Positions 9,923 through 19,565 of a stretch of DNA of 64,000 nucleotides are shown here, piece by piece; position 1 is the first letter of the stretch, and each line of letters starts with the position of its first letter. Source of the DNA: a virus; IMG/VR virus record IMGVR_UViG_3300031718_000005, positions 4,280 through 68,279 of that record. One strand, 5' to 3'. The notes below the pieces were generated by a model. That model did not search any database. It was not told the DNA's origin and saw only the letters and a list, made by a program, of their open reading frames with translations. A program made the translations under genes and the position numbers.

Positions 9923-10120
9923 CTATTTGTTGTACAGGTTCCGCTCGTCCTTGGGTGCAGTGTTTTGCATTCCTTCGTACTGCCGTCGCAGCCACTCGCA
10001 GCCCTCGATATGTTTAGCGATGCCATTCAGCGCAGCGTCACAGACCGGGCAACGCGCTTGTTGCGTCATTCGTGCGTACCAGAGTTCAGTTTCCGAAAGA
10101 GGGCGGTCTTCACTTGCCAT
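9923..10120 (-). CDS. small Cys-containing protein
   Basis: 65 aa with CPVCD...EGC. Part of the minus-strand island. Confidence 0.45.
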   Translation of the reverse strand: MASEDRPLSETELWYARMTQQARCPVCDAALNGIAKHIEGCEWLRRQYEGMQNTAPKDERNLYNK

Positions 10121-10289
10121 GGCTGATTCCGATCTTCTGCTCGATGGCGCTCAGTCGCGATTCGATGTGAGCTTCAATGTCGATCAGGCGCAAAGAAATG
10201 TTGATCAGTAGTCCAATGATCCCGCCGACGACCAACATCGCGAATGTGCGCACGGACATCCCAGCTTGTTTAGGCTTATTTTCGGGCAT
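10110..10289 (-). CDS. small single-pass membrane protein (59 aa)
   Basis: Read by eye: MPENKPKQAGMSVRTFAMLVVGGIIGLLINISL... followed by a helical tail. AAGGAG RBS. Below the track cutoff. Confidence 0.4.
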   Translation of the reverse strand: MPENKPKQAGMSVRTFAMLVVGGIIGLLINISLRLIDIEAHIESRLSAIEQKIGISHGK

Positions 10290-10445
10290 CTACTTTACTC
10301 CTTTGCGCGGTATCTGTCGTAGCCAGATGAGCCACTGCAAACCTTCTGGAGTCTTGCTAGGCAGAAACCACAAAATCAAATGCACAAGTTCCACGCAGAT
10401 GCAAAAGCGTAGTTCCGTTAGGATGGTACGATTGTTGTCAGGCAT
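10290..10445 (-). CDS. small hydrophobic protein (51 aa)
   Basis: Starts at an internal ATG of ORF 10290..10520 with RBS AAGGAGACGG. Begins MPDNN like the HNH gene. Confidence 0.35.
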   Translation of the reverse strand: MPDNNRTILTELRFCICVELVHLILWFLPSKTPEGLQWLIWLRQIPRKGVK

Positions 10446-10459
10446 GCTAGCCGTCTCCT
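10431..10459. repeat. 29-bp translation-initiation cassette, copy B
   Basis: ATTGTTGTCAGGCATGCTAGCCGTCTCCT, see 9808-9836. Confidence 0.7.
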
Positions 10460-10561
10460 TTACGGCAATCTTGCTCAGGGCCGGTCGTGGGTTGCTCACT
10501 CCGCGACCGGTTCGTCCCATCTTACACCAAAGTCCGTTCGTTGTGTTCCTTCATTCCTCCA

Positions 10562-10590
10562 CGGGGCGGCTTCTCTGCCCCGCCTTTTTC
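10562..10590 (+). terminator. GC hairpin plus T-run
   Basis: CGGGGC-GGCTTCT-GCCCCG followed by CCTTTTTC, 10 nt before the ATG at 10600. Confidence 0.4.
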
Positions 10591-10599
10591 TGAGGTTCT

Positions 10600-11316
10600 A
10601 TGCGCTGGTCCGTTAAAGCACTAAACGATCTCTTGGCCCAGGAGATGGGCCGCAACATCTACGGAGAACCGATCTTCCGTTGGGAGTGGTCAGAGACGTT
10701 GTTCTGGCCTGCCACGGCCACCGGTCGCCTCGTTGATACTCCGGTCACCGGCTATCTGATCGGCGGCGGCATCGACAAGATCATGGTGCCGAAACCGGAG
10801 TACAAGCGGTCGCGGATGTGCATCAACCATCGTAATCAGTGGGTGGTGACCAAATGGCTGAACCCGGCGGAACTGGTTGGGCTGGTATTGGACTACCGCC
10901 ATGGCGACATGCCGCGAGAGATCGACTACCCACGCGAGATGATTCTTGACCGCTGGCTCAGGAGATTTCCGGGGGCCGATTATCCAGAGCGTGGATTGCA
11001 TGTCATCACGGACTACTACTGTAAACCGGGGATGACGCCGTTCTACGAGGACACCAAGTTTTTGATCGCTCAGTTACGCGAACAGCGTTCCGGTATGAAT
11101 TTCGGCGAACGTCAACGAGACATGCTGGAAGACCGCCAAGCCAAGCTGGACCGTACTCAGCGTCTTACCGAGGACATCGTGGAAGACTGTTTCACGGCGT
11201 ACCTCAATCCCGAACCAGGATCGCGTGGTTACTTCGTCAACTTCCCCGATCCCAAAGCCAAACCGACTTTAGATTTTACCAGCATCAAGTCAGAGCCTAT
11301 TCAAAAGGAGCAATAA
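10600..11316 (+). CDS. virion-module hypothetical protein
   Basis: 238 aa, the first plus-strand gene after the island. No motif recognised. Confidence 0.65.
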   Translation: MRWSVKALNDLLAQEMGRNIYGEPIFRWEWSETLFWPATATGRLVDTPVTGYLIGGGIDKIMVPKPEYKRSRMCINHRNQWVVTKWLNPAELVGLVLDYRHGDMPREIDYPREMILDRWLRRFPGADYPERGLHVITDYYCKPGMTPFYEDTKFLIAQLREQRSGMNFGERQRDMLEDRQAKLDRTQRLTEDIVEDCFTAYLNPEPGSRGYFVNFPDPKAKPTLDFTSIKSEPIQKEQ

Positions 11317-11319
11317 CCC

Positions 11320-11991
11320 ATGGGTCAATTCAAACCCAATTCCCTGTACATCGCTTCCATCTACCCCGGCAGACGCGAACGCATCATTAAGCCTTTTGGT
11401 CCGACGATGCACCGCTCGGATGGAACCTCGACCTCGTTCGAGTTGAAGCCGGTAAAGAAGGGCGGAAAGCCTTACGTGATCGAAGTGCCGGACATGTTCC
11501 AGCACTCCAAAGATCCGCTGAAGACGGCGAATCAAGGGAAACAGGCGTTCTCGCTTGATCCGGTGCCTTGCGAGGAGATCGCGGCGGAACTGGTGAGAGT
11601 GTGGGGCGAGAACATTCCCGATCTGCCGTTTGGGGCGGGTCCCGGCATCATGATTCTGATCGGCACGACGCCGCAGCAACACGAAGTCGAAACCATGAAG
11701 GCCATGCTTCAAGCGTACTGCGAGCACTATTTCCTCGATGGAGAACGCATCGCCCGCGACGTGGGAATGCACGGCATCAACGCCGAGCACAAGCTCGCGG
11801 CGGATTATCTGGAACGTCCGCGCAATTGGTCGCATCCCGGACGCGCGTTGGAGATGATCCCCTGCCCGCTGTGTAAGAAGGCGATTGCGGCGGATTCGAT
11901 CATCTGCGGCGAATGCGGCACCAGACTGAAGGAAGTTCCCAAGCAGTATGCAGATTTGAATCCACAACTGGCCCAGCCGGTGGAGGCGTAA
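11320..11991 (+). CDS. virion-module protein with C-terminal zinc ribbon
   Basis: 223 aa with CPLCKK...CGECG near the C-terminus. Confidence 0.65.
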   Translation: MGQFKPNSLYIASIYPGRRERIIKPFGPTMHRSDGTSTSFELKPVKKGGKPYVIEVPDMFQHSKDPLKTANQGKQAFSLDPVPCEEIAAELVRVWGENIPDLPFGAGPGIMILIGTTPQQHEVETMKAMLQAYCEHYFLDGERIARDVGMHGINAEHKLAADYLERPRNWSHPGRALEMIPCPLCKKAIAADSIICGECGTRLKEVPKQYADLNPQLAQPVEA

Positions 11992-11992
11992 C

Positions 11993-12376
11993 ATGCAATG
12001 TCCACTTTGTACTCATCCCAGTTCCGCGCACCTCAAGCCGCACATGAGCACCATGATGCAGGACGGCGTGCGCGTCTACAAATGCGGCGGCTGCGGGTAT
12101 GTTCAGCCGGTCGATGAAGCACCGACGCCGGATCTTGGCGAGCAGGCGGCGGCTAAATTGGATGAGCCGTCCGTCGAAAGCATAGAAACAAACAGGCTGC
12201 TCTATCACTCTGAACGAGCTATGAAGGAAGCTCTGTACAAAAGGGTGGAGCAGCTGGAAAAAGACAATGCCGCCATGAGCAACATCATTGCTGGGATGGA
12301 CAAGCCCGCGTCCCCACCTCCTGCGGAAGAACCGCCAGCACCAGAACAACCGCCAACGTCGGCCCCACAAACTTAG
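11993..12376 (+). CDS. small zinc-ribbon protein with Pro-rich tail
   Basis: 127 aa with CPLC...CGGCG, a helical middle and a PPPAEEPPAPEQPP tail. Confidence 0.6.
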   Translation: MQCPLCTHPSSAHLKPHMSTMMQDGVRVYKCGGCGYVQPVDEAPTPDLGEQAAAKLDEPSVESIETNRLLYHSERAMKEALYKRVEQLEKDNAAMSNIIAGMDKPASPPPAEEPPAPEQPPTSAPQT

Positions 12377-12624
12377 TGATGTATCACGATCCAGAGCAAA
12401 TCAAGCGGTGCGTAGAGAGCGGTGATATCAACTTCAACGGCTCTGTTGTTGATCTTGCCGGTCTAGAGCTTATCTGGACGGTTCTATCGCAACGCGGCGA
12501 AATCACGATACTGGGTGTCGGGGGTGTTATTCCGCTAACGATGCTCGGTGCGTATTTGATCGGGATCGTCAAGGACGCTCCAGAAATACAGAAGATGCTT
12601 CGGGAACACTTCCCAGAAACCTAG
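12376..12624 (+). CDS. hypothetical protein
   Basis: 82 aa, tightly packed in the operon, with a hydrophobic C-half. Confidence 0.55.
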   Translation: MMYHDPEQIKRCVESGDINFNGSVVDLAGLELIWTVLSQRGEITILGVGGVIPLTMLGAYLIGIVKDAPEIQKMLREHFPET

Positions 12625-13590
12625 ATGGCGCTCGCGACCCTACAGATGGCATACGATACCGCTCGTGGCTATCTCCACGACACCCAAGTACCTGGCGGCG
12701 AGACGGCAACCAATGCCGCGCTCGCTACCCACTTTGGAGAAGCGTGGCGCAGAATGTGGCGGGCGCTGGCGCAGAACTCCAAGCGGGCGCAGAAGTTTGT
12801 CTATATCAATTTCCCGGCGGATACCACGGTCCTGATCCCGTCAACGTACAACATGACCGACTTCGCCGAGCCGGAGTTGATTGAAGAACGACTGGCAACG
12901 GCATCACTTCCTATCGTTTCTTCCGACACGTCTACTCCGATCCGGCTAACAATCACCGCCCATGGCTTGGGCGCTAACGGCGTGATCGGTGGACCGGCCA
13001 TGGTTTCCGGAATTGCGAACACAACCGCTCCCTGGGGGCAGTGGTTCTACACCATCATCGACGCGAACACGATCTCGCTCAACGGTTCGGTGTCGGATGG
13101 AATCGTCGGAGGTTCAGGGGGAATATTCAGCCTTTCAAGTACGAACCGATGGACGGAAGTTTTACCCGCTGATCTAGCAGGACAGTGTATCGACGGAAAC
13201 ATTCAGCAGGTCTTGGGTTGCTATCTCTGGCAGAACGAGCAGTTGATTTTTCGCGGCTCGAACAACGTCCAGCAATTACGCATCACCTATTGGTCGAGTG
13301 GATCTCCTCCGACGCTCGTGAACGCCAACCTGGGGATTGACGACTGTATCGACTTCGTGGCTTGTGTCACAGCGGCCAACTTCGCCAATGCCCAAGGATG
13401 GACGGTTATGGCCGATCGGCTGAACACCAAGGCATTCGGATCTTCGGAGCAACCGGATGAACCCGGCGGATTGCTTTTGGAATTCTTGAATCTTCAGGTC
13501 AAGACCCAACAGAGAGGTCCACAGCGCAGAAGGGGACCGTTCCGCACGATTAGGCATCGCTGGGGAACGAGCGGCGTTTACGGCCAATGA
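12625..13590 (+). CDS. virion protein carrying the recurrent about 60-aa beta module
   Basis: 321 aa. Segment IRLTITAHGLGANGV...FYTIIDANTISLNG resembles modules in four other genes. Confidence 0.65.
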   Translation: MALATLQMAYDTARGYLHDTQVPGGETATNAALATHFGEAWRRMWRALAQNSKRAQKFVYINFPADTTVLIPSTYNMTDFAEPELIEERLATASLPIVSSDTSTPIRLTITAHGLGANGVIGGPAMVSGIANTTAPWGQWFYTIIDANTISLNGSVSDGIVGGSGGIFSLSSTNRWTEVLPADLAGQCIDGNIQQVLGCYLWQNEQLIFRGSNNVQQLRITYWSSGSPPTLVNANLGIDDCIDFVACVTAANFANAQGWTVMADRLNTKAFGSSEQPDEPGGLLLEFLNLQVKTQQRGPQRRRGPFRTIRHRWGTSGVYGQ

Positions 13591-13655
13591 TTTTCGTTAG
13601 TGGGGCTACGGCCCTAAAAGAACACCACGCCTTTTAAGGCAAAAGGAGCAACACC

Positions 13656-14984
13656 ATGGCACGCAGTACTTTCAAGGACATTGGATCGGTACTTCGGTAC
13701 TACCTCCAAAAGAGGTTCGCTCTCACGGTAGCGGGAGCGGATCACGATTTCGATAACAATTCACCTTTCACCGCTTCTGACGCAGGAGATACGTTCTCCA
13801 TACCGTTCATCGGCGTCGATTCAGACAACCGCATTGAAGTAGACCAAGCGGCTCTACTAGGCGCAAGACAGACGCAAAACTTTTACTTCCCGACGGCCGG
13901 AGGTCTGCTAACCCAGACCTTCTTCATCGCCACTCGCCCGATGACCATCACCAGCATCCGGGAACTGCACTCCACCGCTGAAACGGCAACCGGAACCGCA
14001 ACGCTAGCGGTATTCAAGGACACGGGTACCGCAGCACCGGGAGGCGGCACAACCACAATGGTCGGCACCTTCAACCTGAAGGCGACTGCGAATACCGTGC
14101 AGGCCGCAACTCTGTTGGCTGTTGACGGAAGCGGCAACCAGAACACCGGGATTCAACTCGCCGCTGGCGACCGGCTTTCCATCGTGGTCGGAGGGACGGC
14201 AACGATCACTGCTTTAGCTGGAGTGACGCTCTGTGTTCAATCGGCACCCGGCTTCAAGGAAACGGACGCCGTTTATTTCGTTCAGGCGAATGGAAGCATT
14301 GCAACCAACCAGACGTTTTTCCTCGCAAACAATGATTACGTCATCACCGGCGTACAGGCGATATGGTCGGTCAAGGGAACCAGCCCGACGATTGACATCA
14401 CCCAGGAATCCGGGACCACGGCATCGGGATCGGGCACGACAATCCTATCCGCCACCATTGCTGGATCTGGCACAGCCAACACCGTAAACGCAGGGGCACT
14501 GACGGCCACGGCTGCGAACCTCATCGTCCGCGCCGGGAATCGCTTGAGTCTGAAACTCGGTGGCACCAAGGGAGCATTGGCCGGGTTGGTCATTGTGGTT
14601 CAGATGGAAGCTATCGGTACAATCAACTATGTCGGCCAAGTGGATCTTTGCTGGGCTAATACCACGGTCGCCACAGAAGGCTTCTTCATTGCTGACCGCC
14701 TGTACGAAGTAGTTGACGTCTCAGGTATTTGGGGCACGGCGTCGGGTGCTGCTGGCACGCTTGATCTCACCATCGACAAGGGGGTCGTGGTTCCAGGGGC
14801 AGGCGCAACGGTACTATCTGGAACGCTGGATATTTCAGGGACGGCGGCTACTGTCAATGTGGCCGGACTGTCAACCTCGCGCAGGGCAAGGTTACTCAAT
14901 CAGGGTGATCTTCTAAGCGTGAAGATTGGCTCTCCTTCGGCCACCGCCAATGTTGCCGTTGCTGTCACCTTGATTCCGAAATAG
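13656..14984 (+). CDS. virion protein built from three tandem homologous domains
   Basis: 442 aa. Three segments each contain G-(G/S)GTT...TANTV...L...GD(R/L)LS.K.GG...AG(V/L). Confidence 0.7.
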   Translation: MARSTFKDIGSVLRYYLQKRFALTVAGADHDFDNNSPFTASDAGDTFSIPFIGVDSDNRIEVDQAALLGARQTQNFYFPTAGGLLTQTFFIATRPMTITSIRELHSTAETATGTATLAVFKDTGTAAPGGGTTTMVGTFNLKATANTVQAATLLAVDGSGNQNTGIQLAAGDRLSIVVGGTATITALAGVTLCVQSAPGFKETDAVYFVQANGSIATNQTFFLANNDYVITGVQAIWSVKGTSPTIDITQESGTTASGSGTTILSATIAGSGTANTVNAGALTATAANLIVRAGNRLSLKLGGTKGALAGLVIVVQMEAIGTINYVGQVDLCWANTTVATEGFFIADRLYEVVDVSGIWGTASGAAGTLDLTIDKGVVVPGAGATVLSGTLDISGTAATVNVAGLSTSRRARLLNQGDLLSVKIGSPSATANVAVAVTLIPK

Positions 14985-17107
14985 TGTTATACGCAGGTAT
15001 CAGCGAGGTTGAGGCATCGGCTTTCGGCGGGGCCGTTACCCGCCTAGAGCCTTACTCTGTCCCTCAGTCGAAGGCTCTCTACGCGCAGAACATTCAATTT
15101 CTGCGCGGAGAGGCCGAGACTCGCTACGGCCACACACCTAAATTCCAATTGGTGGACGGAGCTATCACTTCGCTCGCCAATTGGTTCTTTGTATTCGGCG
15201 GGACTCCTGTCTCGGTGATCGCTTACTATGCGCCTTCAGTCGGAGTCCGGGTGCTGAATCAACTCGGTCCAACGCTGAATACCATCATGACCGTTACGGG
15301 CGCGGCGGGAGCCATGCTGATCCCGAATGCCGAAAGATTATACGTGGCCTTCTACGATTCAACTGGAAGGCTGGGAGCAGCGGGAGGACGGGTCTACGGT
15401 TGGGACCTTGGGGACGATCCGTTATTCGCGGCTCCTATTCAAAACGCGGTGACGGCGGTTGAAACCGGTCCTGGTTTCTGCACTGCTGGGGATCATCGCA
15501 TCGGTTATCTGACAACGACTCGAAACGGCTACACTGGGACGCTTCAACCAGTGGATATTTCGGGAGTGTTCACCCCGTTGACCTTCAATGCCGCCGGGGA
15601 CAGCACAATTCAAGTGACGATCTCGGGAACTTTACCTTCCTACCTTATTGGTGGGCTGATTCAGATCGTCATGACCACGGCGTCGAATCCGAACCAGTAT
15701 TTCGCGGTTCCGGGAGCTACAAGCCTACCGGCCAATCCGACTGTCATCAACGTTTCGATTTCCGATGACGATTTAGCGGCCACGGGAACAGACGTGACGG
15801 ATCATCTGAGCATTCTCACCTCCAGCGTGGGTGGGGTTCCTCCGTTCTTTCCGTCCGCCATCTGGTCGTATTCTTCTCGGCTTTGCTATGCCGCTTTGAC
15901 TGCCGATGGGTTCCCTGTAGTCTACATTTCCGATCCAAACGACTACCAGTTTTTAACTCTCGATCAGCATGCAGTTTCGGTCGAAGGCCAACAGCAAGTA
16001 GTGGCCGGTTTTAGTCTGCGTGGTGTGAATTATATGGCCTGTACTTCGGGCTTTTACGACAACGAAGACAACGGGAATGTCCCGGTAACTTGGACGCCAC
16101 CCCAAAGGGTGGATGGGTCTATCGGTATTTTATCGGCCACGTGTGTGTACGCTAATCCTTCGGCGGGCTATGCGCTGGTCGCTTCTGAGCGCGGCTTCTA
16201 CCTATTCCAAGGTGGTCTGTTTCCTCCATTGCCTCTTTCCTGGTATGTCGATTCCGATTGGTCGCGGATCAACTGGATGGTGCCGACACAAGTACAGATT
16301 GCCGAGGACACCAATATTAAGGAGTTCATCGTCATCGCGCCGTTGACAACCACCGTGCTTGCGGTCACAGGATCGGGACCGTACACCGTTACGACCTCGA
16401 ATAACCCGCATCTTTATCCCTCGGGCTTGGTGGTCAAGATCGACGGCGTGAGTGGCACTCCCGCGATCACGGTTACAGGAGACAAAACCTTCACCATTCC
16501 CGGAGGTGCGGGCGCTCCCACGGTGGGTGGAATGATATATCCGCAGACAGCTTCGCACCGGATGAAATTCAATTACGCGGAGGGTGATACCCCAGAGACA
16601 ATCGGGTACTCCATCGACTCCTTCACGTCCTACCGGGCAGCGGCGGTAGCGGTCATCCGTACGTTGTCTACCTTGTTGCCGGAGGTTTATTACGCTCCCG
16701 CCGCGAATGGTTTCTTGATCCGCAAAAACGACGGCTCAGAAGCGAATCCGTGGAGGGATTGTGATTTGGCCGGGAATCCAGCGGCGATCAACTGTTTGTA
16801 TGAGACGGCATTGTTCCCCAATCCCAAAGTAGCGGGAATGACGGTTCACGATTACCACGGAGCGCATCTTGATGTCAGTGGGTCGGGATTGCTGACTTTG
16901 TTGGCGAAGGGACTACGCGGAGGCATTGTGGTAACTCCGGTCGCTTCCCCTATCGCGCTCGAAGCGGCTCCTTCCAAGGAAACGCTCGTTCGCTGGTTTT
17001 TACGTAACGAACGCCAGTCAATACGATTCGGAACCAACGCTATCGACCACCACTTTATTTTGAGTCTGGCGCGGATCTACTACACCGACGCCTTCGCGCA
17101 GCGCTGA
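14984..17107 (+). CDS. large virion protein (tail or baseplate size class)
   Basis: 707 aa. Its GTG start overlaps the upstream TAG stop (tAGTG). Carries one copy of the beta module near 16348-16530. Confidence 0.7.
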   Translation: MLYAGISEVEASAFGGAVTRLEPYSVPQSKALYAQNIQFLRGEAETRYGHTPKFQLVDGAITSLANWFFVFGGTPVSVIAYYAPSVGVRVLNQLGPTLNTIMTVTGAAGAMLIPNAERLYVAFYDSTGRLGAAGGRVYGWDLGDDPLFAAPIQNAVTAVETGPGFCTAGDHRIGYLTTTRNGYTGTLQPVDISGVFTPLTFNAAGDSTIQVTISGTLPSYLIGGLIQIVMTTASNPNQYFAVPGATSLPANPTVINVSISDDDLAATGTDVTDHLSILTSSVGGVPPFFPSAIWSYSSRLCYAALTADGFPVVYISDPNDYQFLTLDQHAVSVEGQQQVVAGFSLRGVNYMACTSGFYDNEDNGNVPVTWTPPQRVDGSIGILSATCVYANPSAGYALVASERGFYLFQGGLFPPLPLSWYVDSDWSRINWMVPTQVQIAEDTNIKEFIVIAPLTTTVLAVTGSGPYTVTTSNNPHLYPSGLVVKIDGVSGTPAITVTGDKTFTIPGGAGAPTVGGMIYPQTASHRMKFNYAEGDTPETIGYSIDSFTSYRAAAVAVIRTLSTLLPEVYYAPAANGFLIRKNDGSEANPWRDCDLAGNPAAINCLYETALFPNPKVAGMTVHDYHGAHLDVSGSGLLTLLAKGLRGGIVVTPVASPIALEAAPSKETLVRWFLRNERQSIRFGTNAIDHHFILSLARIYYTDAFAQR

Positions 17108-17110
17108 TGA

Positions 17111-17926
17111 ATGCCCACTACCCCGCTATCGAAACTAACCGTTCCCCGGTTGAACGCCATCGGCAACCTGATCGACGGTATCAGGTCCAAGGGGAAGCAG
17201 GTCAACGTCGCCATGTTCGCGGAGTTGACTGCGGAAGCTCTCAGGAGAATCGCCGACTTTCTGAATCAGTTGGTCAATTTCCTGAACTCGTTGCTTCGGG
17301 ATATTCAGAACATCAGTACGACGGGAAAACTTCCTCCCGTAGCAGTATTTGTGTTCGACATGACCAAGATTGGGTTAGTTCAGGGGGACTCAACCAACTT
17401 GGACATCGAGCGCGATCCGGTTCTGTTGACCTCATGGGAAGCAGTAGCAGAGGTAGCGAGCGCGGGAGCGGATATTCTCATCGACATCATCATTCGGGGC
17501 GGGAACTCGATCTTCGGGGCGGGAAACATTGTCATCACCAACGTGACAATCGCGGGAACAACAGTGACGGTCACTACTTCAGCCCCGATTACCCTACCGG
17601 CGGGAATCCAGATCTACATCACTGGAGTCTTGGGAATGACCGGAATAAACGGGTTTCAGACCATTGCCACGGTATCGGGGCTAACCTTCACCTTCACGGC
17701 GACAGCCTCGGGTACTTACGCCGGTGGCGGGAAATTTGGCGGATCGGTAATCACCATTCCAGCGGGTTCGACGGCTTTGCAGATCGGAGCGAACTTCGCG
17801 CCCACCGTTCCTCTTTTGTTGGCCAAGGACACATTGCTACAGGGAATCGTGAAGCAGGTTGGAACCGACTTCCCAGGAAAACGAGTGCAAGTCAAACTGT
17901 ACGGAATACCACCACCTACTAAATGA
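17111..17926 (+). CDS. virion protein with beta module
   Basis: 271 aa. Has a protein-like composition, unlike the co-open frame 17107..17922. Module: TVTVTTSAPITLPAGIQIYITGVLGMTGINGFQTIATVSGLTFTFTATASG. Confidence 0.65.
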   Translation: MPTTPLSKLTVPRLNAIGNLIDGIRSKGKQVNVAMFAELTAEALRRIADFLNQLVNFLNSLLRDIQNISTTGKLPPVAVFVFDMTKIGLVQGDSTNLDIERDPVLLTSWEAVAEVASAGADILIDIIIRGGNSIFGAGNIVITNVTIAGTTVTVTTSAPITLPAGIQIYITGVLGMTGINGFQTIATVSGLTFTFTATASGTYAGGGKFGGSVITIPAGSTALQIGANFAPTVPLLLAKDTLLQGIVKQVGTDFPGKRVQVKLYGIPPPTK

Positions 17927-19302
17927 TCGTCTTTCCCCCACTCATTCAGCACACGCAGTTCAACTGTACCGACGTACCTACGATGGCTAACGCGATCAAG
18001 GCTGGAGATTTGGCGGTGGGTTGGACAAGCACCGATACTTTCCAGACGGGGGTCATTACGTTTTTCGGCCAGCCGTTCGATGGCCAGACCATGACGATTA
18101 ACGCCACAACGTTTACTTGGCGGAATACGGTTGTGTTCGCGACCGACATCGGAATCGGGGGAACAATCGCGATCACGGCCACTAATACGGCGGGTGTGTT
18201 GAACGCTAACTTGGCAACTCAGATCGTGGCGACCGCGACCGCGACCACGACGGTTATCCGAGCGATCAATGGCGGCTTCAATGCGAACTCAACTTTCAGC
18301 CAAAGCGGACTTCCGTTCGGAAATTTGAACTTCGCGTTCGCCACGGCCAGGGGCTATCGGTTGTTGAGTGTCGCAACTGGAGATGGGCTAAGAATGGCGA
18401 CTTCGCTCTGGGATGGAAATACGTTTGGCAGAGGCAACAAACTATATCTGACCGTGGAATCAACCGATGGTATTGTCAACAGCGATAACCCAGGAGTATT
18501 TTCGTTTGAACTGGACGTGTCTCCCGGACGGACATTGGAGATGCGAGCGCACGCTTATGGCTATATGACATGGCTGGCGAACAACTCCGGAACTCCTGGT
18601 TGTCAGTTCGGCTGTCTTACCCCGCACCTTCATGCCGGTCAAATACCAGTGGTCATCACTGGCATTTCGATTTCAGGCACGACGGTGACCGTGACCACTT
18701 CCACTCCGCTCGGACTCATCCCTGGCACGGATATTTTCATCTCCGAGGCCGATGGTACTACCGGTGTGAACGGATTCCACACGATCGCGACCATCAGCGG
18801 AACGACGTTTACCTTCACCGCCACGGCGTCGGGGAGCTATACCGGATCAGGAGCAAGGGTGGGAGGGACGAATACCCTCTCTCGATGTTTTATTGGGTGG
18901 GGCGACACAGATGGGAGTGGTTATCAGAACACCTTCCGTAATCAATTCGGGCTGTCTCATTACTTCGCATGCGCCAACCAATATTCCTTTGCGGCGGGAA
19001 GTTTCGGAAGCGGTGGAAATCGCGCCCAACTTTGCACGCTGCGCACGGACACGCCACAAGACTACTATTTCTGGGGGAACTTCTCAACATTGACCGAGCC
19101 GATGCTCGGTTGGCCGTCTACGGCTTTAGGTTCGGTGTTCAATGTCATGGGCCAAGACTGGGGATCGTTCTGTGTTACTACCGATCAACCCCCACTCGAT
19201 TCCGTTCGGTTGGCTTTCCAAGGACACGACTGGTTGAATTTTACGGCTCCTCCAGGTGGTTCGGGAAACCCGCACGGGACTTATTGGATTGCTCTAAACT
19301 AA
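17923..19302 (+). CDS. virion protein with beta module
   Basis: 459 aa, ATGA overlap with the upstream gene. Module TVTVTTSTPLGLIPGTDIFISEADGTTGVNGFHTIATISGTTFTFTATASG is paralogous to the one in 17111..17926. Confidence 0.65.
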   Translation: MIVFPPLIQHTQFNCTDVPTMANAIKAGDLAVGWTSTDTFQTGVITFFGQPFDGQTMTINATTFTWRNTVVFATDIGIGGTIAITATNTAGVLNANLATQIVATATATTTVIRAINGGFNANSTFSQSGLPFGNLNFAFATARGYRLLSVATGDGLRMATSLWDGNTFGRGNKLYLTVESTDGIVNSDNPGVFSFELDVSPGRTLEMRAHAYGYMTWLANNSGTPGCQFGCLTPHLHAGQIPVVITGISISGTTVTVTTSTPLGLIPGTDIFISEADGTTGVNGFHTIATISGTTFTFTATASGSYTGSGARVGGTNTLSRCFIGWGDTDGSGYQNTFRNQFGLSHYFACANQYSFAAGSFGSGGNRAQLCTLRTDTPQDYYFWGNFSTLTEPMLGWPSTALGSVFNVMGQDWGSFCVTTDQPPLDSVRLAFQGHDWLNFTAPPGGSGNPHGTYWIALN

Positions 19303-19303
19303 C

Positions 19304-19552
19304 ATGGCAGCCGATTCCCCATTTGCTCTTGTAGTCCCGAATTGGGATTTTGCGCTCGAAAACCCGGCGCTGGAGGACACTCCGCCTTGGAGCACGATTC
19401 TATTCGATTACCCCGATGGGGTCGCGGCGGCGGCAATTCCTCAGTCCAGTTTTCTAGGGTATGTGAAAGTGGAACGTGACGCTATTCCACTAAATGCTTG
19501 CGAGTTCCCGGGGCCTCCGGTCGGAGCGGTGACGGTAAACGTAGCTTATTGA
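19304..19552 (+). CDS. hypothetical protein
   Basis: 82 aa, operon-packed. Confidence 0.55.
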   Translation: MAADSPFALVVPNWDFALENPALEDTPPWSTILFDYPDGVAAAAIPQSSFLGYVKVERDAIPLNACEFPGPPVGAVTVNVAY

Positions 19553-19565
19553 AGGAGACAACTTT

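Noticed and set aside
11290-11994. Long antisense ORFs opposite virion genes (also 6482-7051, 20164-20694, 25543-26112, 32245-32838, 59228-59905)
   Set aside because: Arg/Leu/Gly-rich translations with no RBS. Each lies entirely within a better sense-strand gene.
17107-17922. 271-aa ORF fully co-open with 17111..17926 in another frame
   Set aside because: Its translation is Arg/His/Ser/Gly-rich with no hydrophobic core, whereas the 17111 frame has virion-protein-like sequence and a paralogue. It is an open alternative frame, typical of GC-rich DNA.
17524-18865. Diversity-generating retroelement (template/variable repeat pair) formed by the two paralogous modules
   Set aside because: No reverse transcriptase is present in the window. 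Differences between the copies are spread over all bases rather than being adenine-specific.
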